A DNA stretch of 64,000 nucleotides. Source: Schmidtea nova. Its lineage: Eukaryota. This document shows, one piece after another, positions 1-13,016 of this stretch. Every line of letters begins with the position of its first letter. The stretch's first letter is position 1. Both the position numbers and the translations under genes were made by a program. Where the stretch lies: the NCBI GenBank assembly GCA_044892505.1, contig CM097883.1, positions 422,344,001-422,408,000 of the forward strand, read 5' to 3'. A model generated the notes under the pieces. That model worked only from the letters and a program-made list of their open reading frames with translations, made no database searches and was not told where the DNA came from.

Positions 1-1159
1 TCTTTTTCTAGGATCGGTCTCTCTTGGGATTTTTTGTGATTGATCCGGCAAGTCTCCGTTTGATCTGTGATTGCTCATCGGGTTCTTCTTTTGATATTGT
101 CACCATTATTTTTATATTCAGGATTGTTGGGATAAAGAGTCGATTCTTCATGATTCTCTTTGATGCATATACATTGATACACTGTCCGTTTATTCACCAT
201 TACGGTGTTATTTTCACAAGCAAATTTCTCATTTTTTACACCAATATTCTTGCACCCAGTTTTCTCTCTGCATTCTATTCGTTGACTACTAGTTTCACCT
301 TCTTACTTTAATTTTCCAGTTTTGTTCTCTGACGAATTTCTGTCTATTCTTATCCCATTTCTTGACTAAAGCTTGTTGTCAGTTCTTTCTTCTCTTCGTT
401 TTCTTTTCCCAATTTCCGTAATGTTCCCCTGGTTCTTGTAGTTTGCGTAAATTTCTGGTCTCCTGCTGTACTTCATACTGTCTTTCTTTGTATTTTAAAG
501 TTCTATAATATACATACCCCTGGATTTAATAATATGGTTATACATTTGATTTACACTATCTGTATATAGTCATATCCCGACCTCTATATCACGACTGTTC
601 TTTTCACTTCGTATTGTCTTGCATTTACTAATTCCTTTCATTTCCTTTTGTATCAAATTTTGTTTTGGCTTCATTTCTTTTCCTACCATTTCTAATACTT
701 TCGTTTCATTTGTCATAATAGATTTTCACTTTGTATCCCATTGTGGGTATTTTCATTAATTTGAAATCTTTGTATTGCTTGATTTGATACAATTAGCTTC
801 ATGTTATCTTTTCCGGATCTCCTCTCTGGCTTGATTTCCAATTCCATTTCCATTTTCTGTTCCGTCTTTCTTTGTGATGTGGTTCCATTTCTTGTGTTCT
901 GGGTTTCACAGTGGACGAGCTTGATGATTTCTTGATTTTTTCTAGTTTCTGTTTTTGAAATACATATACATTGGGTTTACATATAATTGTTTTATTATTG
1001 ACATACATTTCTTTAATTTCTACAAATATTAATACCATATTGATACATATACATTGAATTTACTATTTACAATTTATCCACTTTGTTTCTTTCTACACTT
1101 CACTCTTCATCACCTCATTGTTTGTGGTGAGCTTTTACGGTTTATACATTGTTTCCAAT

Positions 1160-3750
1160 CTCTACGTATTCTGATGTCGATTCTTCATACTTTTCATTTT
1201 CTTTTCCTTCAATCGTGCTATTTCTTGTAGTGCTAATATTAGTTGAGTTTGAAATCTGGTTATTATTTCTCTTTGTATAATGATTTCTTGTTGATAGTGT
1301 GAATAAACCGATTCATTTTGGTTAATTGTATCTCTGCTTTTACTTTCCTCCATCAAAATTTTCCGTATTTTCTTGAGATTGTTTACTTGACTTTCCAGCT
1401 AAATGATTTTGTCATCTTTCCAATCCATTCACGTTCCTTACTTGGTTTTGGTTTCCTTTACTTGCGTATTCCTTGTTGCTTTGATCAATTGTCACCTGAT
1501 TTCTTGTTGTGGTACACTGGAACGGTAAATGTCCTCCTTTTCCGCATTGGTAACACACTTGTTAACACACTCTTGCTAATCGTTTTGAATAATTCGAATA
1601 ATTTGAATAATTCGAATCGTTTTGAATAATTCAATTTTCGTAATGCCTTTCCGTTTGTTGGTTATTATTATCTTTGCATTCGAATTGTTTTATCTCTTTG
1701 GTTGTCTTTGGTTTAATTTCGTTACTGATTTTGTCCAGCTGATTTCGGTTTTCCTGTTGTTTCTTGCGATTCCAACAATTTCCTGTCATGTGCCCTTTTT
1801 TCCCACAGTTGTAACATCCTTGAATTCCACAAACTTTCTTTCCATGTCCTTTTCTTCCACATTTGGTACATATTTTATTTATAGATTATTCTTTGGCAAC
1901 ATTTACACCATTTGTCCTTTTTATATATATACTCTTCTTTTATTTCTTGTTGGCCTTTCTTTTCTTTCCTTCTTCTTCGTTTCTGGTTTGTTCTTTTATC
2001 TTCTAGACTTCTGTCGTATCGTTTATTATACTGACTGCTCGTTGTCTTTATTTCCCCTGACAAGTTGATTTATCGTTATATTCTCAATTTCTTCAATTAT
2101 TTCGCTTTCAATTATTACTTTTTTGTTTTGTTCTGTTTGATTGTCAATTTCCATTTTTCTTAGCATATTGATCCTTGGTTTATTCTTTTCGTGTTGTTTC
2201 AATAGTTCTATCTTTTGTATACACTTACTCCCATTCGCCAGTTTCTGCCTTTAGTAATTCTTCTTTTATCTTTCTCCAATGTTCCACGTTGGTAGGGGCC
2301 TGCCATTCTCCCAATTTGCTCCATTTGAATTCTTCCTGACGAGATTCTCTGATTGTAAAATTTTGTGGTTCTAATTGGCAACTTGTCATCATATTGATTC
2401 TCCCTGAGTCTCTCGTTAGTTGCTTTTCACTTTCGGTTAATTTTACGATCTTGTATTTTTTGCTTTTAATTGTTATCTGCTTGAGTACTCTCAAATTGCT
2501 CTTTCTTTCTTGGAATCTTCCTTATAATATACGAGCTTCATCCCCTTTTAGTTTGCTACTACGTTTGTCTCCTATTCTCGCTTCTTCTAATTGCAGCTCT
2601 AACCATTCTCGACGTTGTTTCTCTTACAATGTTTCTTCTGTTGATTTTGTTTCTATGGATGTCAATTTGTTTTCTTGGCTATTGTTGACCTCTCTTTAGT
2701 TGCAATATCGTTTTTGTTATGGTAGTAAATGCCTTTTGTATTTCCTCCACAACCATTCAAGGTAGTTCTATTCCCGAGGTTTTGGTATTCCTTTGACAGT
2801 CTCTATTTATATGCCCTTCTTGCTGCAGTCTTGTCCTTCTTTGTACATAACTTTGTTTGTTTTTTGATCGCCTTGGTAGTTTTCGGTTTCTATTTTATGC
2901 ATCACGCTAATTTTCTGTTGATTTGATTGCTGCGTTACCTTTGTCATCCCTTTGATTACCTCATTTAGTCTTGAGATTTCTTGCATTATTTCTATTTTTC
3001 TGTTATTCAGGTTGTTGCTCATAACGTTATTTTGATTATAACTGTTTATTCTGTTTCTATTGATCTGTTGCTTTCCTTGTAGATTGTTTTTGGTCCAATA
3101 TTGTCGTAATACATGTCCTAGTTCACTACAACTATAGCATCCACGTACTCCACATACTTTGTCAGAGTGTACCCACAACTCGCACTTCCCGCAATATTGG
3201 TTTTTATATCACTCACTCTTCGTATTTCCAGATTTCCCAGGTTTTCGGCATTGTTTGGTGTTGTTATGAATGTTATTGTTTCTGGATTTATTCCCGTTGT
3301 TGCCCATATCGTCGTTATTATCATTCCTCGTTTGTCTGTTTACAGTCCCTTGGTTTGTAGTCGTTGGATTAATTTGATTATTTTCGTCTTCTGATTTATT
3401 TGGTGTTGCTGTTACGGTTCTGATGTCGTTTTCCCCTATTTGCAATTTCTAGCGCGTCAGCCATTGTTTTACATCCTTTACAGCCCAGTTGACCTCGAAT
3501 TGAGCTCGTACTAATATTGCAGTCATTAATTCTTCGATCAAAGGATTCTCTTTGTTGAATGCTAGTTTGGCTAATTTTCTTAATTCACTCGCATATACTG
3601 CATTGGACTCGTTTTTCTTTTGTTTTCTTGCTGAAAATTCATCAAATGCTTGATTCAACACTTAATTTATTCCGAATATTTGTAAGAAAAAACTTTTGGA
3701 TATCTTCCCACGTCTCTGGTGCTTCTTTCTCCCCTTTTCACCTCCATATA
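1160..3750 (-). pseudogene. Decayed LTR-retrotransposon (Ty3/gypsy-like) gag region containing two gag-like units
   Basis: Minus-strand translation gives PETWEDIQKFF..AFDEFSARKQKKNES..YASELRKLA (Retrotrans_gag-like, about 3450-3720). Twin zinc knuckles occur at about 3110-3200 (CGKCELWVHSDKVC / CYSCSELGHVLRQY) and again at about 1765-1875 (CTKCGRKGHGKKVC / CYNCGKKGHMTGNC). Stops and frameshifts throughout. Confidence 0.7.
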
Positions 3751-4052
3751 CAAGACTAGTATACTAAGTCATTTTTAGATCAATTCAAACATTTCAAGGT
3801 GTTCCAGCGAGTGTTCCTATTTTTGATTATCTAAGCTTGAATTCAAGTTGGGTATCAATCAAGGTGATCAGCAAAGCTTTCAAATGAATTTTCCCCGATT
3901 TTTCCCGATCAAATTACATATATTATCCAAAACATAAAAATTTTCACGCATTTATTTTATTCGCAAGCCCGTATTCAAACATATCATCGCAACTCAATTC
4001 GGGGATCAATTATTCTTATGTAAATATATAAATCTAAAACTTTCTTTACATC

Positions 4053-4685
4053 TGTAAAGGTTATATCTTGTTATTAATTTTTATGATTATTATTGTCATT
4101 ACCATTATTATTATTGTTGACGTAGTCATTATTATGGTAGGTGTCCTTACGGACACCGGATGACTCCCCCTTTATTTATTTGGTATCTGTAAAAAAATTT
4201 ACAAAAAATAATTAAAAATTCAAATTCAAATGAAATAATAATAAGTATAAAAAATCCAATAAGTCAATAAAAAACGAAATCGATTGAAATTCTAAAACTA
4301 TAAGAATTCAAAAACTACAAAGATTCGAAAACTAAAGAAAATCTAAAGCTAAGAAAATCCAGAAACAAAACATAAAAGGATAAAAGAAAAACCAAGGAAG
4401 AATAAAATAAACAAAATTAAACGAGAAATATTATTGAAAAATCAAATAAGTCAAAAACATTAACAGATTTGGAATTTCGAGCAATAACCTACTTCGCGAA
4501 TATCGTGTTATGCTTTTTGTTTATTTTAAAAATAATAAAATATGTTATTATATTCATTTATATCTTGTTAAATTTTACTGATATTGTAATAACATACACA
4601 ATCACACATACACCACAATTACATAGCACGCACCCCAGCTGTCCCAAGACAGTTTCTTTTACCAGTGACTAGGCTGAGCTCTACA
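4053..4685 (-). repeat. Copy E1 of the stem-loop/G-tract repeat family (LTR-like, TGTA...TACA)
   Basis: Reverse complement starts TGTAGAGCTCAGCCTAGTCACTGG...TTGGGACAGCTGGGGTG and ends with AAAGGGGG plus an (AAT)n-like tail. Homologous to 40446, 56438, 60465, 62335 and 62915. Confidence 0.65.
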
Positions 4686-5229
4686 GATTTCATATAATCT
4701 TTATATATAATTATCCCTCAACATAATTGCAAATAACAAAATACTAAGTACAAAAAACCCTCCTAACTCTATTATCTAACTTGCTCTTTAAATTATGCTA
4801 AATTTTTTATTAAAATTCAACATTTAGAGTTTAAAATTTTTCCAAGGCCTTAGAAACGGCTTTGATTCAGTAAAACTTTCCTCTCATAATTTATAGTCGT
4901 CAAATTTCGATTTTTTAAAATTAGTTAATAATTTAATTCTTGCTTAAAATTTCTCTGTAAATTTAAATTAAACTTGAAGAAAAAAAACATTTAATTACTA
5001 ATAAAATTTGGTGTTTTAGTCCTTGTTTAAAATAACTAAAAGATTTCTTAGGCTCTTGTCTATTTATAAATAGTCGCAACCTGATTGGTTGCTCCTGATA
5101 TGGTAATTTATTATATAATATAATATGGATTTTCTAAATTTTCTTTTCAGTCATTCAGCGATTCTTGGATGGATTTTCCGATGTTTCCATACTAGGTTTG
5201 TCAATAAAGTATTGTTTATGTTTTCCAAG

Positions 5230-5420
5230 TTTTATTTGACTATTACTTCTAGTAACATTTAGCTATGTCAGAAAATGCATTCCCATTATCGCAATCTTAT
5301 CTTATCAAATTCTGGGCACATTTGATGGGATCTCTTCACGATCAAATTGGAATTTTTCCCTTTACAACATCGGATCGGCTACCAGAAAACAACTGTCAAG
5401 CTGTCGATGACCCGTGCTTA
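5230..5420 (-). pseudogene. Possible retroelement integrase remnant
   Basis: Across frames the minus strand reads VIDSLT ... DNGNAFS, resembling the first two acidic motifs of a DDE integrase. Heavily decayed. Confidence 0.3.
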
Positions 5421-6084
5421 ATTTCATGATTTTTTTTCTCGCGTGCAACTTGGATTATTTTAATTCTAGAGGTTTATGTGTTAATTAACTTCGCTGGCGA
5501 CTCAATCACACACTTGTGGAGTTTGAATTATACTCCTATATCTAAATCCATCAATCGAAAGAATTATTGTGAGAGTCATTTGAAAACTTCAGTGCTCCGG
5601 TTAAAATCTTTTGGAAATAAATGATTTGTTCTATTTTTCTTTTTAATCAATGATCAGGGAATTCATATGGATGTTTGGATAGATAATAAATAAAATTTGA
5701 TTATAATCAGTTTAGTTGGTAGTGGTACTAGTTTCAATAAAAAAGATTGAGTTTTTAAATTTAACGCTGTAATTCTCAGCTACTGTACACCAATAAGCTT
5801 TGTAGCGTGCCATCGGATTTTGTGAATGAATGAGTTATTACCGTATGTATGACGTTTGCTATAGATGTTGGTTGCTGGATGAGTTGATTGTTCATGGAAT
5901 TATGGATGTATTATGCTGTAATAAGCGAGATGGGTTAACTTGTGTGGATGTAGATTGTTAATTATGCTACTTGGATAGATTTGTGGGTTACGATGTTTGG
6001 ATGAACGAGTTTTCATAGTTTTATTGCAAATTTTCTCTGTAGTGTTTGTGTGTAGGAAATGAGATTTTGATACAATAGGCAATT

Positions 6085-6300
6085 TACAATGGATGTGATT
6101 ATGCGAGTGCTTGTGGAGATTATCTGGATGTGTGATGCTGATTATATGTGGCTGTATGACAAATATAATGTTATGTGAAATAGGTAATTCATTGATGGGT
6201 GAGATTGAAATGATTGCTTGTGAGAATTTTCTGGATGTGTGATGCTGATGTATGCTATTGAATGAAACAATGTAGTATGTGTTGGTAAATGAATAGATTG
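6085..6300. repeat. Degenerate tandem duplication (about 110 bp) in a G/T-skewed tract
   Basis: TGCTTGTG..A.TTTCTGGATGTGTGATGCTGAT-like sequence occurs twice (about 6110-6145 and 6215-6250). Confidence 0.55.
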
Positions 6301-8708
6301 TCTGGTGTGGTGTTAAGTATAGATAGTGCTAATGAATGATATGGATGCAATATATTGCAAAGAGGGTTTTATTGATAGTTTTGGGTTTGTATGTTGGGAA
6401 TTCATAAACTTGTGGCACTTTAGTTTATCATTTTGTTTTCCTTATTGGCATTCCATATTTTCTTTTCAGTTTTGCGCTACCTCTGAGAGTTGTCAGACAT
6501 GCGATGTTTTTCTCTTTTTCCTCTTCGCTTTTTCACATCGCACTCTGTTATCTCTAACAGGCTGTCGAGATAAGAATTTGTTGTTTTCATGATTTCGAAT
6601 TCCTTTTCCCGTTCTGTACTTTTTAATTAACTTTGACCTTTATTTCTTTTGTTTGGCTATTGTTTTCTCATTTTTCGATTTTTTGCTCTTCCTTCTTTTT
6701 TTTGCTGCCCCCATTGTCGTCTCTACTGTATAAATTTTCCCCCAGGTAATTTATATATTTATTTCATAATTTGTTTTTCAGGTATCCTCAACACTAATAA
6801 TATTTTATGTCAAAAATATTGTCCTAATCAAGATCCACATGAATGTGCTTATAAAAACAGTCTATTGAGTGCATTGGATTATTTAAAGATTTAATAAATT
6901 TTATGATATGTTGACTTCAATTTATTCTTTTAATTAAAAAGTTTACATTTACAAAATGGAACTTTTAACTATTAAACAATGTCTTTATTTTTATTGTATT
7001 GGAGAGTATCTTAAAACAGACAATATTTGTGCATATTTAATTCAAATTTTATTTTTCTTTGACTAAAGAAATATTTCCTGTCTATGGGGTGTATTCGTTA
7101 ATTAACAAAAGTGTAAATACATTCAAAAACTGTATTTATTTTTAACGTAATGGGTTTATCTTTTCAATGGTCTATTGGTATTCATTTGTTGAATTAATGA
7201 GTCCAGGTTAAATTGGGTCTATTACTCTTTTTTCTTCTTGGGTTTATTTCATTCATTTATTCCTTTTTTATTAGGGTGATCTGCGTAGGAATCCTTTGGA
7301 GAAATTTTATTAATTAATTCTTTTTAAAGTTAATAAATTTATGAGTTTTTTTTCTTAGTGATTTTCCATTTACAATGTTTGAATTCTAAATTGACATTAG
7401 TAAAATCTTTTCTAAATAAAACATGTGGAAATTTACAAAAATGGTGTCCATTGAAATAGATTAATTATATGAAAAAGGTGTGTTAATTCAATCGAAAAGG
7501 TTATCCACTAAAATGGGTAAAATCAATTAACAAAGAGTTAATTCTTAAACAAAGTGAATTCATTTAAAAGTGTGATTATATTATCAAAGGTAATCTATCA
7601 AACTTTTCAATCATCAAAAATCAATGGATATATATTATTCAAATGGAGATACATAATACAAATAGGGTAAATTATTAGTTATTACTTAATTTTTTCATTG
7701 AAAAATATCATTCAAATGAGGCTAAAAGGGTAAATAACACTTAAATGATGTATTATTCCAAAAATAATTAAAATTCATTTAAAAAGAGTACAATTAAAAT
7801 TAGTTTAATTCTTTAAATGTAGGTAATTCACCTGAAAGGTAATTTATTAGTAAATTTGCCCATTGGGAAATATCTTGAAAATGGATGAACTTATCAATGA
7901 AGGGGAATAATGAGCATAAAACAAATAACGGGAAATTCAATTTAAAAGGGTGAAACCAAAGAGTAAATAATAAGAATGAATTAGTATTTGTAAGGGGGAA
8001 ATGCGTTCAGTGGGAAAATATAAGTGATGTAAGTGATAAAATATTATTCAAGTGGTATATATTGATTTAGAGAAATTTACATTGAATAATTGAAAGAAAA
8101 TCATCAAAAGAAAATTTAATGGAAAATAGTGTGTTAAAATATTCAAATTTTTGTTGCTAGGTAACGGGAATACTTTGGCGATAATTTAAATCCCAAGTTG
8201 AATTTAGATGAAAGAGATTAACAAATGTCAAACTTTTACTATTAATTTCAAATACTAATAAATTAAGGAGTTTTATGAAAATTTAATAGCAATGAGAATT
8301 TAAGGAAGGATTTAATGATGGTAAAGTATTTTCAAATTTAGATACTTAATGATTTTTATTTCAATTAATTATTATAGATTTCTTTGTGAATTGTATGTCA
8401 TAACTTTGAATTGACTAAGAATATCCTTTAAATTAACGGAGTGAATATTTACCAGAATCAATTTGAACATTTAATAAGAAGTATCAAGTATTTTAATTAG
8501 AAATCAATAAAAATTTTATTAGTTGCTTATCTTATCATTTTAATAGATTTACCTTTTTATAATGATTTATAATGATTTTTAAAATATACATGTCAATTAT
8601 CAAGTGAAGAATTAGATGGACAATGATTTCAATAGAGCTTTGTTTAAAAGTCATTTGTATTTTATTCTGATTGTTAACAACATTATTTAATAAAAGATTT
8701 CATTTTAA

Positions 8709-8917
8709 CCCTTTGAACCCTAAAGGCCGGTAAACCGGCCTGCTTTGGCGAGGCATATACCCTAATGGCCGATTTACCGGCCTTGGCATCTATCTTTATT
8801 TTTCATACTGACAATCGATTTTTGATCGAAATTGCATTTTAAGTCAAATACTATTTTTGGTCAAAAATTGCTCAGGGATATAGTGCTAATACAAATAACG
8901 CCTCAGGGTTCAAAGGA
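8709..8917. mobile_element. piggyBac-type MITE (209 bp)
   Basis: TTAA at 8705-8708 and 8918-8921. TIRs CCCTTTGAACCCT / AGGGTTCAAAGGA (12/13). Confidence 0.85.
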
Positions 8918-9149
8918 TTAACAACGTGGTTATTTGTATACTTTTTTAAAATAATAATCAACTAAAGATGAACTCAATTATTTTATTCTAAGTAATAAAT
9001 TAAATTTTATGACACGATATTTAAGATCAGTTAGTTTTATGCAAAATTTACTTTAAATTAACATTGATTAAAATTTCGACTTTACCAGATCTTTAAAGTA
9101 ATAATATCTACACTACTGTAATTCCAGAGAATATAGGGTTGATTCATTG

Positions 9150-9560
9150 ACAATAAATTGGTTAATACATAGAGCCAGTTTCTGGACTGACTTAGTCGAT
9201 ATCTAGTTAATAGGAAGAGATAATTGACTGACACGTGGAACAATTTTCTTAGTTGGTTGGTTAATGCATAGAGTTAGTTGGTATCTGATTAGTTGATTTA
9301 ACTAGTTGATTGTGGGTAGAATCAGTTGGTATTTGATCCGTAACTAGTTAGTTGTTGATTTGTGTGTAGAGATATATAGATAGTTGATCGCTTTATTGGT
9401 TGGTATAGGATTAAGGATTATAACTAGTTGGTGTGTAAGGAATTAGTTGCTGACTGGTTAGTGTGTAGAGTGGGTAGTTGGTTGATGTTTAGAACTAGTT
9501 AGTTAATCTGTAGAAGTAGTTAATCGATGTAAAGAAATTGTTGGTAAGTACTTGATTTGT
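9150..9560. repeat. Degenerate GT-rich minisatellite-like tract
   Basis: Recurrent AACTAGTT(A)GTTG / GGTTAAT.CATAGAG motifs with strong G-over-C skew. Confidence 0.4.
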
Positions 9561-10079
9561 TCTTTAACTGAGTGAATATGAGTTTGTTGTTTGAATTAGG
9601 CAGTTGTTTTTTATTTACTGAGTTTATAACTTTTAGATTAATATGTTAGGAAGCTATTAGTATTTTAGTTTTTGTAATCTAATTGTTATTTTTATTACTA
9701 TTAATTTATTTGATTTTGTTAAAAAAATATTTAATAACTATTAACATTGTATTTTGAAAACTTAAGTTAAAAATTTTATTTCATAATTTTTTTATTTTAA
9801 AATAATTTAAATTTTACAAACTCTCAGATTTCCCAAAGAATTTAGAACTTATTTTTAAATTTTTCAATTCAGAATTACCCGATTTTTACCCTTTTTATTA
9901 AATTTTAAATATTATGTAATTTCAACTCAGAACTTACCCTATTTTTAATCTTTTAATTAAGTTTTAAAATATTATGTCATTCTTTTGTCTTTGTAAAATT
10001 CTCCATGTTTTATTGAGTATTTTAATTTAACCACATGTTTAAAACCCTTTTCTTAAATCTTTATTTAAAATTTTTGTTA

Positions 10080-10455
10080 AAAAATTCCAGAGCTTCTTTT
10101 TGCCCTAGAAAGATCTGGGAGTTGAAAATTCTAATCAAAATATCAGACGGAAATTCCCTATAAAAATAATGAGACCAAAAAATTCTATTCAAAATATCAG
10201 ACTAAAAATCATTGTATAAATTACCAGAGTCCTTTTTTGCCCTTTTTTGGAGAAAACTCTGAATTGAAAATCCTGTACAGAAATCCCATTTCCAAAACCC
10301 TTGTTCAAAATACTGAGACCAAAATTCTCTATAAAAAATACTAAGACCAAAAAAAACTTTTTTGTCCGAGAAAAAGTCTGGGAGTAGAAAATCCTATAGA
10401 AAATATCACGACAAAAGTTCCCTTTACAAAATATCGACCGAAATTTTCATAAAAT
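10080..10455. repeat. Degenerate tandem repeat (about 25-30 bp units)
   Basis: Repeated AAAATA(T/C)(C/T)(A/G)GACC/GAAAATTC-like units. Confidence 0.45.
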
Positions 10456-10456
10456 A

Positions 10457-10524
10457 TAGTGGCCCGCTAACTCAGTGGCGCTCTAACTCACTTTTTCTAA
10501 GAGGTGAGTTAGAGGGCCAGTAGT
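10457..10524. mobile_element. Tiny Tc1/pogo-like inverted-repeat remnant
   Basis: TAGTGGCCCGCTAACTCA / CAGTGGCGCTCTAACTCAC faces GTGAGTTAGAGGGCCAGT across a 12-nt spacer. Confidence 0.4.
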
Positions 10525-10807
10525 AGGATGTGCCCCCACGATCGTTACGCAATAATTGGTCTTTGGCCTCAATACTACAATAAATTACGTAACATGAGGA
10601 TATAACGACAAAATTTGTTTTTTATATTATATTGAAAAAGGTATTAAGCCAACCAAATCATTTACTAAAATAATATTCTTTCAGTATGCAAAAATTACAC
10701 ACAACAAAAGAAATTTCTATCATTTTACTGGTAAACATATTGATGTTGCATGTTGCAAATGTAATTAATTGATAAAAATAATTAAAAAAGTGCTTATTGT
10801 TTTACAT

Positions 10808-13016
10808 CAAAGATGTACAAAGTGCGGCCCGCAGGCCACATGCGGCCCTTTTGAACAATTTGTGCGGCCCTCGTGTATATTTATTTAATATATTTATTTT
10901 TAAAAATGCCTACATTTTCAGAAATTGCAGCACTAAAAATACATTTTCAGTTTTTAGAACTTGCAAGTGCCCTAAAAAATCAGAAGTGGCAGCACTTTTT
11001 TATTACACTAAAGATTATTCTGCTGGGTGATTTCAATACATATAACGATTTTTTGTTTGATTATCTTCAAGACACTTTTCGAAAATGTTGTGTTTTGCAA
11101 TATTACAGATTTAATATAAATTGCACAGATTTAATAAAAATTGCACAGATTTAATAAAAGTTCCAGCTACAAAGTTTTTATTTTGTATATATTTGTTTGT
11201 ACCAAGCTAGAATTCAAAAAATCTTCGCAGCATAAACAGCTAGTTATAAATGTTATAATATAAAATTAAAAAATAACGCCTAATTTTCTGTGGGGTGGTA
11301 ATTACAATAAGTATGTAAGTTTTTATTTTATATATTTTATAATTAACTAAGTTTTATAAATGCTAATTACTATTAGCCCTGCAAGAGAATGATTGCAATC
11401 AAACGAAAATTGGAATCCGAAAACAGGAAATTTAATAATTGTTGGACTGATAAATATTTTGTGTTCGAACACAATAATAAAATTATGCTTGATTTGTCAA
11501 ATAAAGATAAATTGTATGAAGAAGTTTAACATAAAGAGGCACCATATTACAACACATCCGGAATATGAGAAGAAAAGATCAATTACTTTACTGCTCAGCA
11601 ACAGATTTTTAAAAAATTACATAAAGAATCAGAAGTCGTTTCTGAAATTAGCTACGATTTGTCATTGTTGATCACTAAAACAAGTCGACCTTTCACTGAA
11701 GGAGAATTTTATAAACAGTGTTTATTAACAGTGGGAAAAAAATTCTCCTGAAAAAACAAAAAAGGTTGAAAATATATCTTTGAGCAGGACAACAGTTCAG
11801 CGTCATGTGGTTGAAATGACTGATGACATCTTTGATCAGTTCAAAGAAAAAACTGAAGATATTAGATATTTTTCTCTGGCTATTGATGAGTCAACCGATA
11901 TTTCTTCAACGGCACAATTGATGATATTTTTCCGTGTTGTAACTAATAATTTTGAAATTTATGAAGAATTATTGGCGGTAAGTTCATTAAAAGACCGTAC
12001 GACTGGAAGTGATTTGCTGACGAGTTTACTAATGTTTGTGAAAAGGCTGGCCTTAATATAAAAAAACTTGCTGGTATTACTACAAATGGTGCACCTTCCA
12101 TGATTGGTGCAAACAATGGTATGGTATCATTGCTGAAGAATAGTCTTGGTAATCGAAACTTAGAATTATTTCGGTTCCATTGCATTATACATCAACAAAA
12201 TCTTTGTGGAAACGTCTTAGGATTCGATCATGTAATGAAGGTAGTCGTATCAGTAGTAAATTTCATAAAATATAGAGGTCTCAACCACTGACAGTTCAAA
12301 TCTTTTCTTGAAGAAATAGAAGCTGAGTACCATGACCTCATTTATTATTGTGAAATCAGATGGTTAAGCCGCGGAAAAACATTACAAAGATTTTCTGATT
12401 TGTTGGAAGAAATTCAGTTACTGAAAAATGTTTTTGAATAGAGATTTGCTGATTTCAAAAAAATGAAAAGTGATTTCCAGTTATTTGCTGATCCGTTTTC
12501 AGTTAATATCGATGAAGTTAATCAAGATATCCAATTAGAACTCATCGATTTGCAGTCATCTGATCACCTTCGTAATAAATTTAAGGAAAGCGATTTTCAA
12601 AATTTCTATAAATGTTTACAAAAAGTGTCATATCCTAATTTAATTCAAAAGGTAGCATACATTGCATCTTTATTTGGTTCAACATACGTATGCGAACAAA
12701 CGTTCTCTGTTATGAACATGAACAAGTCGAAGCAACGTAACCGCCTTTCAAATGATAATTTACATTCAATTCTATGTTTGGCAACAACAAACTTGACACC
12801 AAATATTTTAAAAATTGTTAATAAAAAACAATGTTATATTGCTCCAAATAAAAAATAAAATTAATTATTTCAACTAAATTAAAATGCATTTTTTGTATAT
12901 AGAAACCGTGTTATAATTTAAAATTTTACAGATTAGGTGTTTTTTCCAAATGTGGCCCTCATAGAATGTATTATTACAAAATGTGGCACACATACTGAAA
13001 AGTCTGTGCATCCCTG
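10808..13016 (+). mobile_element. hAT transposon, SPIN/GTF2IRD2-like (Buster clade), decayed
   Basis: Perfect 8-bp TSD TTTTACAT (10800-10807, 13017-13024). Imperfect TIRs CAAAGATGTACAAAG / GTCTGTGCATCCCTG. GCGGCC subterminal repeats. Confidence 0.9.
11393..12858 (+). pseudogene. Fragmented hAT transposase (GTF2IRD2/SPIN-like)
   Basis: Motifs FSLAIDESTDISSTAQL, TTNGAPSMIG, HCIIHQQNLC, IRWLSRG and FGSTYVCEQTFS, spread over several frames with stops. Confidence 0.9.

Noticed and set aside
1318-3394. F/L/I-rich plus-strand ORFs as membrane proteins (also antisense ORFs over other transposases)
   Set aside because: They are antisense shadows of K/E/N-rich TE coding sequence.
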